DNA of 64,000 bases, from IMG/VR virus record IMGVR_UViG_2597490189_000005; one strand, written 5' to 3'. Position 1 is the stretch's first letter. Every line of letters starts with the position of its first letter. Below the pieces are notes generated by a model, which was given only the letters and a program-made list of their open reading frames with translations, did not search any database and was not told where the DNA came from. Positions 1 to 11,238 of this stretch are shown in pieces. The stretch comes from an uncultured virus (IMG/VR IMGVR_UViG_2597490189_000005). Taxonomy: Duplodnaviria; Heunggongvirae; Uroviricota; Caudoviricetes. The position numbers and the translations under genes are program-made.

Positions 1-792
1 TTATTTAGTGCCAGAAAATCCTTCATACTTATTGCCAGCATCATCTCGAATGATGCCGCCAACTTCTTCAGCATTTGGACCGAAAAATGAGCCATAGTAG
101 CTACCTTGTATTCCTTGGGATTCCGCAACACCTGAAAAATGGTGTTCTCCAACAGCTGAAATATTTGCCTCTTTCAAGCTAATATCTGCTAGTGCCTCTT
201 TTGTGCTAAGTAGCTTTCTATCAGTCACCGAACCAGAAATAGTCTTGTCTGAGAAGTTTATGGACAGCTTCAATTTACCCTCAGAATTTGCACCAAAAGA
301 AACTCCTTCATAGTACGCTGAGCCTTTTGGTAATATTTCCGTTCTCGCACCAACTACTTCAGCCATATAATTATTCGCTCGGCTATCAATGACACGTCCA
401 TATTCATCTGTTGAGACATCTGCTGGTAATACATAGCCAACTGCAGAATAAGGTAAGTTGTAGGCTTTGAGAACCCAATTACGCCCTAATTCTTGTTCTA
501 GCTTACCAAGCTTCTCATCTGCCATATTAAATATCTGAGATGGAAAAGCCACATCGTCAGAAAGTCTAAGTGTCTCATGATCGATCCTAATTAACTTCGC
601 CTCCCTTATCTTAGCTTTCCATTCACTTTCAACCTGAGATGTTGGCGGTGTTGTGGGTAATTGCGGTTCGGTCTTTGTCGGAACTTGAGAGGGCGGATTG
701 CTAGCACTACTGCCTCCACCGCCTCCACCACTTCCGCAACCAATCAATGTTACGCCTAAAGCAATCATCGATATTGAAGACAAGATTTTCAT
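1..792 (-). CDS. Surface lipoprotein with TbpB/fHbp-like C-terminal beta-barrel (Slam-type substrate)
   Basis: Lipobox LIG-C, Gly/Ser/Pro linker, C-terminal GSFFGPNAEEVGG...FSGTK typical of TbpB-like barrels. Confidence 0.75.
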   Translation of the reverse strand: MKILSSISMIALGVTLIGCGSGGGGGGSSASNPPSQVPTKTEPQLPTTPPTSQVESEWKAKIREAKLIRIDHETLRLSDDVAFPSQIFNMADEKLGKLEQELGRNWVLKAYNLPYSAVGYVLPADVSTDEYGRVIDSRANNYMAEVVGARTEILPKGSAYYEGVSFGANSEGKLKLSINFSDKTISGSVTDRKLLSTKEALADISLKEANISAVGEHHFSGVAESQGIQGSYYGSFFGPNAEEVGGIIRDDAGNKYEGFSGTK

Positions 793-820
793 AATTTCCC
801 CCTATGTCATAAGGTATGAC

Positions 821-3800
821 CTATTGTATATAACTTGACCCAGAATAAACAACTGTTTCTACAAGAATTTGATTCATTATACGGGTGGTATTAAATGTTA
901 AAGATAACGTTACCTGTGTATTAGATGGGATAACGAGCGTGTAAAATCCTTTTAAATGCTGTGATACAGTACCTGCTGAATTTTTTATGCTTGTTACCCA
1001 ATCGCCAGTACCACCAATAGCAGCAGAATTACCTGAAAATCTAACAGTACCATAATCCCAAGTCATTTTCAGTAATCGTTGTGCTATTGAAGGCTTGATC
1101 GTAATGCTCATTTGATTTCGACCAGCCGGTGTGAAAGATTTAACCTCATAGAGGTTACCACCAATAAGGCTCCCAACTTCCAAAATCCCCCCTCGAATCA
1201 CTGGTGATTGTAGGGAGACTCTAGCTACCACTTTATCTGCTGTTACCGTCCCTGCACGAAGAATTTTTCCATCTATTGACCCAGCCACCATGTGATTTGT
1301 GATAATTTGCCCTGTACCAATTTTATCGGAAGTGATTGTGTTGCTTCGAATTTTCTCGGTAGTGACTGCCTCTGAAGCCAGTTTTTCAGTAGAAATCTCC
1401 CCTGCCGCAACATGATTTGCGCGAACTGCTCCCCCCTGAATAGCCCCAGCAGCAATTGAGTTAGCCGCCATCATTCGAGCCGATACTGTGCCATCTCCAA
1501 TCAAATCACCGTTAACAGCAACTTGGTTATTAACAACACTAAACATTGGCTTAACGTTGCCATCTCGTGCATTTTTGACAACGTTAAATTTATCGGCCAT
1601 CACAATCACAGAACTTTCAGTTCCTCCATTTGAGCCTAAAGAGATGCCCGCAAGTGCTTTTCTATTGCCTGCAATAGATACTGCTTGGATTGTGTGCATT
1701 GATTGCACCTTGCCTCCAGTACCAGTTTGCCGTGTTTAAATTTTTTAAAACTGCGATTCCATTTCTAACATCTCTTCCACCAATTACATTCCAGTGGGTA
1801 GTGTTGTTTAATAGACGAGAATTTTTAATTAAATTCCACCCCCCAATCGCAATCCCATCAATCTTAGCATTAAGGCTCTGACTTAGCTCCGAAACACTAC
1901 GATTAGCACTTGCAATGCTATTCTGCAAGGTAGAAATACCACTCTCTACACTTGCTACCTTCGTTGTTAATATCGCTCTAGCCTGTGCTTGTGCATTATC
2001 CCCAGCAATACGAGCTTGACGTTCTTCAGATAAACCTGATAACGCATTATCGGCTTTAGCGGTTGCTGTCGTAATTAACTGAGCTTGCTCACGGTCGGCT
2101 TGCTCTAATCGGCTCACCGCAGTACCACGAGCATTGGCTTCTGCTTGAATCGCTTGCGTGCGTCGATTGACTTCCTGAGCTAACGCACTTTGTACCGTGT
2201 TAGCTTTGGATAAGGCATTATTGGCTGTACTGCTTGCTGTCGTAAGCTGATTAATAAGCGCTTGGTCTAATTGACTACTTGCAAGTTTTCCTTCTAAATC
2301 AACCGCTTGTACTTTAGCCGTGTATTTGTTGCCGTCCCAAACATACAGTTTGCCGTCAGCTTCGTTATACACTTGGTTATACCCAATGTTTTCCGTTGGG
2401 TTATCAATACGAGCAACGGTTTTAGTCATCTCCAATTTGCGTGCGGGCATTGCGGTATCAAAGACTTCATCAATAATATTTCGCCCTAGCTTTTCATTCA
2501 ACAACGCAAGCTCGGCATCAATATCTGCCCCTGTTTCTGCGCTTAAGCCTTGTTGTTGATACCAATCCCCCACGTTAATGCCACGAGTGTGACGTAACCA
2601 GTAGTAACGTGTTTGACGTGGACCTACATTGTGGGTGTAGATATTCGCTATCACTTTCGCAATACGCTCTGCGTTAGCAAGGTTGTTGGTTGAACTTGCC
2701 CAGATTTCCGTTTGCGTGGCTTCGTCCACAAAATCCCAAGACAGCGTAATGTCTGATAAACCGCCCGACACCGATACATTTTTAGGTGTAGGTGGATTGT
2801 CAATCGTAAAGGATTGTACTTTTTCACTCAGCATCCGCCCTTGTGCATCTCGTGCGATAATCGTGACTTGGTATTCACCATTTGCTAAATCCGCAAGGTT
2901 CAGCTCACTACTGGATTCATCACGTTTAAACAGGTACAACTTCCCGTCTTTTAAGACTTTGATGTCATATTTAACCGTGCCATTGCCTGAGGTCACTTCC
3001 CACGACACTTTCATATCGCCGCTTAATGTCGGTTGTACGCCTAAGTGTGTTAATTGTGGCTCAACTTTATGGCGTGTTTCAGACAAAGGAGTAAAGATTG
3101 CCCCTTCATCAACAATTCGCTCTTTCTGTGGCTCGTGCTGTAATGCGGTAATGCCGTAGCTACCGTCTTCATTTTCCGCCACGCCAAGCACACGATAGCG
3201 TTGTGTGCTGACTAACGGGGTATGCAACGCCCAAGTATCCGTTACCTGTAAGCCTGTTGGCTCGCTATCTAATGTCACAAGCGATTTGTTTTGGGCATTA
3301 ATTTGCGAAATTTTACGACGAACTAACCGCTGTCCGTTGTTATCATTGACTAAATAACTTAGGTACTTTTCGCCAGCGACTTCAATCGGGGCATCAAGGG
3401 TAACGGTTCTGCCGTTAATGGCTAACACACGCCCACCAAGATTGACATTAGCGTATGATTTGTCCGCAATTTCGATAATGTCACCTGGTAATACCTGTAA
3501 CCCTTCACGCCCTACGCTAAAGCTGATCGTGCATTGCTCTAAGCGAGACGTTTCAAGCACCCACTTACCATAACGGCGAGCTTGCCCACGAGAAGTACAG
3601 GCAAACGCAACGATTTTCTTCACGTTATAGCCATAACGTTTGATCATCGCATCGTCTGCCACATACTCAATCGCTTTTTGATAGTTGTTGCGTTCGTCGG
3701 CATATTCCACTTCAACAGCAGTAAAAATGGACTTAAGCGGTACATACTGGCGGTTAAATTTACCGTCAATAACGTTCGCCTGAGTAAATGAGCAGACAGG

Positions 3801-4895
3801 ATCGGCATTTCTGTCTTGAATAGCGGTTAATTGCGTACCATTCCACACCACAATCGCACGGAAAACCGACGCCATATCTGAAATCACGGAATAAGCATCA
3901 CGTTGCTCTGTCAGCCATAAATTTGCCACCATTCTAGGCTCAACACCGCCATAGCCATCTGGTACTTGTTGATCGCAGTATTGGGCAATTTGATACAACT
4001 GGAATTTATCAATGCCATAATCGCCTAAACGTTGCCCTAAGCCAGCTAGCTTATTGGTAACTAAATCGTAAAACACCCACGCAGGATTATTGGTCCACGC
4101 CAGCTTAAAATCCCCACGCCATAAACCACTGCCATAGGTTCTCGTATCAGGATCGTAATTGCTCGGCACTTTGACCAAACGACCATATAGCAGAAAGTTA
4201 ATGTTTGGAAAGCTCGGGTTATAGCGTGAATCGGTTTTAATCCCCACTATCGCCATATTGGGATAGCTCAATTTGGCACTAATAATCTCCGTGTAACTCG
4301 ACCAAAATGTCGCATTCTGCAAACGTTGGCTTTTACTGTCAGGCGTAACACGTTGTACCGTCACCGTGAATGGACGTGGTGGTAAATTGTCGATTAAATA
4401 ACTACGGTGAAAACGTGATGAAGATTTACCGTTAATCACTACAGTTTGTCGGGACTGACCGTTAATTAAAATCTCTAGATGCACCGATGTGCCGTGCGTA
4501 TCGCCTTGATCGTTTTGACTAAATAACGCATTCACGCCTAAAGTAATTCGCAAACAGTCAATATCAGGGTCGATCACCGTGCGAGAAATAGGATGTTCTA
4601 ATTTCACTTCCGCACCCACAGAAACTTCTCTTTCTGACGCATCAAAATCTTCAAGGGGTTGCTGGTCTTGATAGCCTAAACGATAGCGAATCAAGGTATT
4701 TTGATAATTCCACTCCCCTTTCGAGTTTTTGATCGGCGTGTAATCAAAGAAGGCACTCTGATACTGATCTGCTGTCACCGCACCACGAATAGGACCTAGC
4801 GAAATTAAGCCAATCGCACTTAATCGCTGTGCTGATTTTAGGTTATCGGGTGCTTCGTAAGGTGTATGGCCACCACCGCCTTTTTTACCGCCCAT
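821..4895 (-). pseudogene. Host-specificity/central tail fibre J, split (ORFs 1662-4895 and 821-1708)
   Basis: Lambda J-like N-terminus nearly identical to the 48950-53596 copy. Frame is broken at 1702-1706, where 448 bp of the other copy are replaced by 5 bp. Confidence 0.85.
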
Positions 4896-4946
4896 AGTTT
4901 CTCCAATAAAAAAGCCGTCACAGTTTCCTGTGCGACTGTAATTTGT

Positions 4947-5537
4947 TTACGTTGTCACATCATCAAAGGTATCAATACCCTGCGAAATCAAGATAAGACT
5001 TGTCATCATTTTTCCGTAAAGCAACGGAATCGGTCTGCCTTGAGGGGTAAGATTGCGAATGTTTGAGAATGATGTACTTTGCTGTTTTTCGCTATCACTT
5101 AATTTCGTGTTCATATCTGGTGGACGAGCAAGCATTTGCATTACTCCGCCCATTGCCATTGATGCCCCCATTGCTCCAACCATCATTGCTGTACCTGCCG
5201 TCCAACCTAAAGGATTCCACCAAGCTACTGCAATAAGGGCAACACCGACGATCGCTTGTACAAATCCTACGCTTTTCCCTGCCCCCGCCACCACAGGCGT
5301 AAAATGTACAGTGCAATCATCTGCAAGTGTCATTGTAGGATTGGTTTTTATCTGCTCTTCGCTTAAATAGCGTTTTCCGATTCGGACTTTGTAATAACCT
5401 TTGCGTAGATGTTGGCTTAAGCCTTGAATCTGGCTAAGTAGTCCGCTCATCAGCTCTTTAAATGAACTGACTTCAAGCGCTATCGGTTCGTTAGGCTCAA
5501 ATCGTTTAAGATCGCCGTAAAATTTAACTCTGACCAT
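4947..5537 (-). CDS. Tail assembly protein I
   Basis: Ubiquitin-like N-terminus ending in AGAG, Gly/Ala-rich hydrophobic segment, QGRPIPLLYG motif, lies between K and J. Confidence 0.9.
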   Translation of the reverse strand: MVRVKFYGDLKRFEPNEPIALEVSSFKELMSGLLSQIQGLSQHLRKGYYKVRIGKRYLSEEQIKTNPTMTLADDCTVHFTPVVAGAGKSVGFVQAIVGVALIAVAWWNPLGWTAGTAMMVGAMGASMAMGGVMQMLARPPDMNTKLSDSEKQQSTSFSNIRNLTPQGRPIPLLYGKMMTSLILISQGIDTFDDVTT

Positions 5538-6241
5538 TTCGGGTATCTCCAAATACTGTGCGTTTGTTGTAACCAAGCGCCGTCATAAGGCACACGAGCA
5601 GATAATCGCCCCTCGCTGTGGTGTAACATCATTTGATGACCAAGGTAAATGCCTGCGTGATTAGCCACATCACTACCAATTTGCAGTAACACAATATCGC
5701 CAAGCTGGGGCTGTGCTTCAAAATCCAATCGTTCAAAACCAAAGCGGAGCAAGTTTTCTTCATACAAGTTGTCTGATTTAAACCATTCAAACTCGTACTC
5801 CACATCGTCAGGCAAATCCAATCCCGACAACATATAGGCATCAAGTAAGATATTGCGACAATCTTGCTTGTTATTCTCAAACGGACGACCAACAAGCGGT
5901 GCGATTGGGCGGAATTTTTGCAATTTTCCGTCGCAAACCAACCAAAACGGCAAATTTAACCGCACTTGGCATTCACGGTCAGCGGTTGATAAATACGGCA
6001 AGCCTTTTTCCGTGTCCAAATCAGGGTGAGAATGAACAACCGCCACAATCTCACCTACGCTTTCCGCCCGAATCCAATCATCAGGTGAAATTTCAAAATG
6101 ATTAATCGGATCGACAGCCACATTTTCACAAGGAAAATAACGTAACTTACCACCCTTAGAAACGACAAAACCGCAACTTTCGTGCGGTTCTGAGCGTTTG
6201 GCGTGAGCAATGATTTTAAATTCTAAATCAGGTGTTTCCAT
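5480..6241 (-). CDS. Tail assembly protein K (JAB + NlpC/P60)
   Basis: ESCG, HSHPD, DC and HAGIYLG...HH motifs. Confidence 0.92.
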   Translation of the reverse strand: METPDLEFKIIAHAKRSEPHESCGFVVSKGGKLRYFPCENVAVDPINHFEISPDDWIRAESVGEIVAVVHSHPDLDTEKGLPYLSTADRECQVRLNLPFWLVCDGKLQKFRPIAPLVGRPFENNKQDCRNILLDAYMLSGLDLPDDVEYEFEWFKSDNLYEENLLRFGFERLDFEAQPQLGDIVLLQIGSDVANHAGIYLGHQMMLHHSEGRLSARVPYDGAWLQQTHSIWRYPKWSELNFTAILNDLSLTNR

Positions 6242-6252
6242 TTTTACTCCCA

Positions 6253-6279
6253 ATAAAAAAGCCCGAACATATCGGGCTT
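6253..6279 (-). terminator. Intrinsic terminator closing the TPR-HEPN moron
   Basis: aagcccgatatgttcgggctttttt on the minus strand. Confidence 0.75.
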
Positions 6280-6284
6280 ATAGA

Positions 6285-6665
6285 TTATTTTTCTTGTAAT
6301 AATGTATCCAATTCCTTTAATTTAATTATCGCATTTTGGCATTCTTTTAATTGTTGTATTGCTTGAAATTGTGAAACACTTGCATCAAGTTTATAACAAC
6401 TTATTACACGTTTATCTTTTAATATTTGAACATATCTTGCTAAGGTTTTAGCTGAGCGATTTTCAATACTTTTTAATTTTTCAATCGCAAATTGATGTTC
6501 ACCATAACTCTTATCCATTAAATCAATCTTGTGTTTAGAGAGAAATTGGTTAAGCTCATGATAAAAGTAATAATAACTATGTTTGATGCTATCTCTCCAT
6601 TCAATTTCGCTAGATTGTTTTGACAAAATCTCAGCTCGTTCAATTAATTCCGTATGCTTAATCAT
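6285..6665 (-). CDS. HEPN-domain protein (putative)
   Basis: SYYYFYH, GEH and LKDKRVISCY match the YY..FH / G.H / L...R...Y pattern of small HEPN proteins. Confidence 0.6.
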   Translation of the reverse strand: MIKHTELIERAEILSKQSSEIEWRDSIKHSYYYFYHELNQFLSKHKIDLMDKSYGEHQFAIEKLKSIENRSAKTLARYVQILKDKRVISCYKLDASVSQFQAIQQLKECQNAIIKLKELDTLLQEK

Positions 6666-7411
6666 TATTTATACGCCTCACAATAAAGATACAAGCAATC
6701 TAAATCTAGGTGATTTTTTTCTGCAAATTCTGCGAATAAATCTGATAGATTAGCGTTACACTCAACTATCTTTTCAAGATCTTCTTCATCTACATATTGA
6801 ACAAGGTTAACAATATGTAACCGCTCATCAATTTCACGAAACTCAGTACCAATGATAAATCTAGAAACAATATGTTGATTAATAAGCCGATTGACTTCAA
6901 GACCGAAATCTAACATTAAACGTCCACTACCAAATACTTTATTTAATTTAGTAATAATATCAATATTATGTTTTATCTTACATTTATCTAGCTCAGTTTT
7001 GATAGGAGTTAAATCGTCATAAGCAAAAAAGTTCATTAGCCGACCTTCTAATGTTCGAAGTATTTTTATGTCGCCATTTCGAGCTATCTGAAATGCTTGT
7101 CGATAACAATCTAAAGCTAATTCAAATTGATTAAAGATTTCGTAAGTAAACCCTAAATTATAGATATTTGATGCGCTATGATTGAGTTCAATAGATTTCT
7201 GACAAGCAAAAATTGCTTTACTTTCTTGATTGGCTAAAGCATAAACACTTCCTTCCATGCTCCACGCCAAATCGGGTACTATTAACTTCAACTTCTCAAT
7301 GTCGCTAAGTAATCTATTAATAAACATAGGGGTGAACTTCTTCATATAACGAGCATCCTCAATGCGTCGAAATAGGCTGTCCGCAATAGTTTGTGGTTGA
7401 ATGGCTGCCAT
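6665..7411 (-). CDS. TPR-containing protein, coupled to the HEPN gene
   Basis: YNLGFTYEIFNQFELALDCYRQA is a TPR consensus. AT-rich, stop/start overlap at 6665. Confidence 0.65.
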   Translation of the reverse strand: MAAIQPQTIADSLFRRIEDARYMKKFTPMFINRLLSDIEKLKLIVPDLAWSMEGSVYALANQESKAIFACQKSIELNHSASNIYNLGFTYEIFNQFELALDCYRQAFQIARNGDIKILRTLEGRLMNFFAYDDLTPIKTELDKCKIKHNIDIITKLNKVFGSGRLMLDFGLEVNRLINQHIVSRFIIGTEFREIDERLHIVNLVQYVDEEDLEKIVECNANLSDLFAEFAEKNHLDLDCLYLYCEAYK

Positions 7412-7490
7412 AAAATCCTCTTCTGTTTATAATATAGTTCAACACAATGGCGAACTCATATAGTTTACAAGTAAAACACCTTGATAGCAA

Positions 7491-8228
7491 TCAAGCCCCA
7501 TACTGCGTCGTACTTGGAAAGCCTCCAAACGGTAAAATGGCGTTAGCCCCGAATCTCAGCTTGCAACCACGCAAACAGTGAGAGCAAGCATCTTTTTTCG
7601 GATCGGTTGTCGGATTATCTTTTTCATCGGCAACCGGTCCGCCTGTGTAGCCACACTCCGCAGAACGATATGGCCAAATGCAAGTATCAGACGTAATCAT
7701 CAGCAACGGAATACGTGCATTATCTGTTTCTGCGGGTAAAGCCAGCTCAAAGGTCGCCACTTCATCATTGAGGATTTTTAGCTGTTCAATAATGAATAAA
7801 CTGACACTTTCCTGTGTCGGATCGGCTTGTGAGTTTCGTCCGTTAGGAAAATTGCGAGCATCAAGGAATTGAGCATAGACTAAACGACGTGTCACTTTCG
7901 CCCCAATCCCTTGTCCGAAATCTGCGGCTAAAGCGGTGACAATGCCGTACAGGTTTGAGATTGTTAAAGTCGGTCGGTTACTCGGCCCTTGACCGCTAAT
8001 CTCAAAACCGTCCGCTTGAATTGGATAGGCTTGGTATTCGTTACCTTGCCACCAAACATTCTGCTGACCTTGATTTAAGCCATTGTGAAAGCGTAATAGC
8101 TCCCCTTTTCGTGTTTGGTCGCTATTACTGCTGATATGCCTTAAATCAATTTCCCACAGTTCAATCAAGGCATTTTGTTCCAGTTTTGGCAGTTCGTTTG
8201 CCATTTTTTGGGGTAGGGATTTTGGCAT
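7491..8228 (-). CDS. Minor tail protein L
   Basis: Four C-terminal Cys (CIW, ECGY, CSHC..GC) and PFGGFP. Confidence 0.93.
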   Translation of the reverse strand: MPKSLPQKMANELPKLEQNALIELWEIDLRHISSNSDQTRKGELLRFHNGLNQGQQNVWWQGNEYQAYPIQADGFEISGQGPSNRPTLTISNLYGIVTALAADFGQGIGAKVTRRLVYAQFLDARNFPNGRNSQADPTQESVSLFIIEQLKILNDEVATFELALPAETDNARIPLLMITSDTCIWPYRSAECGYTGGPVADEKDNPTTDPKKDACSHCLRGCKLRFGANAILPFGGFPSTTQYGA

Positions 8229-8558
8229 TTAAACCACCTCGTCAAAATTAAGTGAAAACTCAATGATTGAGCCTATTTTTGTGTAGCTCCAGCTTCTACA
8301 GCGAACAGTCACCATTTGTCCGCTTGTTTTATCCAACCACTGAAATTTTTTATATCCGCCGTGAGTATTCAGAAACTGGCGTAAACGCTCCGATTCCGCC
8401 TTGTCTGCCCTAACTGTAACCCCTTGATATTTTCTACGATTATGATTAAGTCCTTTCGGGGCTGTTTGTTCATAGCCGCCACCAAAGACTAAAGTAGTTA
8501 CATCAGGTTCGTGCTGAACGGTATAGTTTTGTTCGACTCTAAAATCAAATGTTTGCAT
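8229..8558 (-). CDS. Minor tail protein M (distal tail)
   Basis: FGGGYEQ..PKGLN and FL..HGG.K.F.W motifs. Confidence 0.9.
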   Translation of the reverse strand: MQTFDFRVEQNYTVQHEPDVTTLVFGGGYEQTAPKGLNHNRRKYQGVTVRADKAESERLRQFLNTHGGYKKFQWLDKTSGQMVTVRCRSWSYTKIGSIIEFSLNFDEVV

Positions 8559-8562
8559 ACCC

Positions 8563-11019
8563 TTACCTTGATAACATCCCGCCAGATCTCATTTGAGCCT
8601 GAAGCTCAACCCTAACCGCAGTCTTAACTTGTTCGCCAAGTAATTTAGCCAAACCAACTTGATTGCTATTTGCATCATCGCTACTAAAATGATTGGTTTG
8701 ATTGACTACAATCGTCACGCTTTTGCTATCGCCACCACTTCGGCTTTGTGATTGCTTGTTGCTAAAAACTCGACCGCTTTGACCTGGGATCATATATTGC
8801 ATCCCATTACTCGCCTTAAATATCTCTGGCTGGTTATTTTCGCCAACCCGATACATTTGATTTGCTGATACAGGACCACCTACTTTACGACCGGTCACTG
8901 CCGCCATTTGAGCAACCCCCATAGTGGATGTAATAGCTGCCTTAGCTGGTACAGCATTAGCTCCTTGCGTTGCCAAAGACACCATAGATGCTGCTGGAGC
9001 AAAAGCAGCAGCTAACGCTTTAGCCTGCACCATTTGAGCTGCCATAGATGCTTTCGCAGCAGTCTGCCCTATAATCATTTGCTTAACTTGAGCCATACCC
9101 ATTTCGACAAGGCTTTGTACTACACTATTTAAGATAGTATTTGCAATTGATGCGAAAGCATCACGCACAGACATTGTGCCATTTAGCAATCCCGTAATTG
9201 TGCTTGTTGCACTTGAACCAACAGCATCAACCGCATCACCAAACATTCTCGCCCCGTCGCTCGCTTGCTTCCACTCCTCCCATTGAGCTTCCATTCGTTG
9301 CTGGCGGTATTGTTCTTCGATTGCAGCTCTCGCAGCTTCTGCCTCCATTATTTTTTGCGGGTACAAGATTTTATATTCTTCGATCTGAGCTAGCTGCTGT
9401 TGATGTCGTTGGTCTAATGCAGCAACAGGAGATGCTTGAGCTTGCATAGCGTTAAAGTTCTGACTTGCTGCGGTTGCTCCATAAATGCTTTGTGCTAGTT
9501 TTTCAGCTTCTTCTCGTTGCTCTTTTGTTGCCGCAGCTCCTAAACGCATACCAGCTTCTAATTTTACGGCTTCGAGATGCATTCCCTTTTGCCTCAAAAC
9601 AGCAATCTCGTACTGTGTAGCCATTTGTCTCAACTGTTCAACAACTTGCTTCTTGGCTTGAGCGGATTTTTTTGCAGCCGCTTCAGCTTCTCTGGCAGCT
9701 TTTGCATCTGCGGTCTTTTTATCTTGTAAGGCTTTTTGCTCGGTTTGATAGGCTTCGATTTGATCGTATGATGCGTCAATCCTACTTAATGTGGAATCAA
9801 GATTTTTTTTAGCTTCATCGGTTGTAGCTAATAGCGTAGCTGCATATTTAGCAGTTTCACGCTCAGTCTTGCCTATCGTTGCAGCTTTTCTTTCTGCCGC
9901 ATCTGCAAGTTGATTCATTTTTGCTACATTGCCATCCAATGCACCTTGGGAGTTTTGGATAGTTCCTTGTAAATCTTTCAGGGCAGAATCTAAAATTCTT
10001 ATTGATTCTTCAGCACTAAGTGCTGAAGCAGAGTTAGCATTAATGGTTCGTGTTAATTTGCTTAACTCATCATTAGTCCATTTGTTTTTTTCACTTAAAT
10101 GAGTCAACGCCACCGCCAATAACTTAACATTCTCAGGGCTTCTGTCTCGTTCTAGTTGAGCCAACAGTTTTATCAAACCAAGGGCTTCAGATTGAGTAAT
10201 ACCAAGTGTTTTAGACATTTCGATTGTCACTGAATTTAGAGCATTAACTTCGGCAATCGCACCACTATATGATCCACCAAGCTCTTTTATTACAGCACCA
10301 ACATCTTTACCTTTTGATTCATAGCGATTTAATTGGTCAATTGCGTTCCGAATACTTTGACTTCCGTTTGTAAACGATCCAAAAAATCCATCAAATTGCT
10401 CAAATGCCTTTTGTGACGAATCCCCTGCTGCCTTAATGGCAGTTTTTGCATCAATCATAGCCACTGCAATTTTTGCCTTTGCGGCATCTTCACTAATTTT
10501 TGCTAATTTAATGATTTCCGCAGAAAGAGCAGAAACACCACTTTCCGTTTGAGTAACTACTTCATTTAAATTTTTTTGTGCAGTTGCTAATACTTCAGAT
10601 GCTTCTGTTGTCTCAACCAAACTTGGCAATAATGCTCCAGCCATTGCACCACTGATAGCTAAAACCGCACCAGCTACAGCTCCCATCGGTCCTAGTATGC
10701 TTAAGATCTGGGAGCCCTGCTGCCCAAAAACCATAAAAGCATTCTGCCCCATTTGTAACTGCACTGCAATATCTTGTATTTGATAACCCAGCTGACCTGC
10801 TACTCCACGGATATTTTTCATTTTGTTTGTGGCTTGATTTACTGCTGTCGCTGTTTTGGTTGCCTGTGTTTCTAGCTCTTCAAGCCCTTTTTTTCCTTTT
10901 AAGGTTGATTTACCAATGTCGTCCATCGCTTTATCAACCTTTTGAGTATCTCTTATCAGATTTTCAAACTCTAAATCTGCAGTAATAACAACTCCACCAA
11001 CTTCGACCGTCATAAACAA
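8563..11019 (-). CDS. Tape measure protein
   Basis: Long Ala-rich helical ORF with QIQDIAVQLQMGQ and GG.V...YRVGE..PE motifs. Confidence 0.9.
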   Translation of the reverse strand: MFMTVEVGGVVITADLEFENLIRDTQKVDKAMDDIGKSTLKGKKGLEELETQATKTATAVNQATNKMKNIRGVAGQLGYQIQDIAVQLQMGQNAFMVFGQQGSQILSILGPMGAVAGAVLAISGAMAGALLPSLVETTEASEVLATAQKNLNEVVTQTESGVSALSAEIIKLAKISEDAAKAKIAVAMIDAKTAIKAAGDSSQKAFEQFDGFFGSFTNGSQSIRNAIDQLNRYESKGKDVGAVIKELGGSYSGAIAEVNALNSVTIEMSKTLGITQSEALGLIKLLAQLERDRSPENVKLLAVALTHLSEKNKWTNDELSKLTRTINANSASALSAEESIRILDSALKDLQGTIQNSQGALDGNVAKMNQLADAAERKAATIGKTERETAKYAATLLATTDEAKKNLDSTLSRIDASYDQIEAYQTEQKALQDKKTADAKAAREAEAAAKKSAQAKKQVVEQLRQMATQYEIAVLRQKGMHLEAVKLEAGMRLGAAATKEQREEAEKLAQSIYGATAASQNFNAMQAQASPVAALDQRHQQQLAQIEEYKILYPQKIMEAEAARAAIEEQYRQQRMEAQWEEWKQASDGARMFGDAVDAVGSSATSTITGLLNGTMSVRDAFASIANTILNSVVQSLVEMGMAQVKQMIIGQTAAKASMAAQMVQAKALAAAFAPAASMVSLATQGANAVPAKAAITSTMGVAQMAAVTGRKVGGPVSANQMYRVGENNQPEIFKASNGMQYMIPGQSGRVFSNKQSQSRSGGDSKSVTIVVNQTNHFSSDDANSNQVGLAKLLGEQVKTAVRVELQAQMRSGGMLSR

Positions 11020-11043
11020 TCCCTTAAATTATTTGCATAAAAA

Positions 11044-11069
11044 ACCGCTTGTTACATAGCACAAGCGGT
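11044..11069. terminator. Hairpin of inverted ACAAGCGGT DNA uptake sequences
   Basis: accgcttgt-N8-acaagcggt. Similar pairs at 47740-47763 and about 60201-60228. Confidence 0.8.
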
Positions 11070-11238
11070 CATTTCTGTGATTTTTTTACAATTTATCTAG
11101 CAATAGATTGGTTAAATACAATTCAATCTATATTTTTGTTACATTAAATTTTTGCAATCCCTTGCATCCATAAATTGCCCTATTAAACTAAAAACACATA
11201 AATTATTTGAGTTAAATATTTAAAAACCAATGCAAGCA

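Larger units (their letters stand above)
2149..8229. repeat. 6.1-kb direct repeat, copy 1 (L, TPR, HEPN, K, I, 5' part of J)
   Basis: Near-identical to 50850-56930 at a constant offset of 48701. Confidence 0.95.

Noticed and set aside
2307..5370. Many + strand ORFs opposite tail genes (also 49071-59715)
   Set aside because: Antisense shadows with no RBS or family motifs
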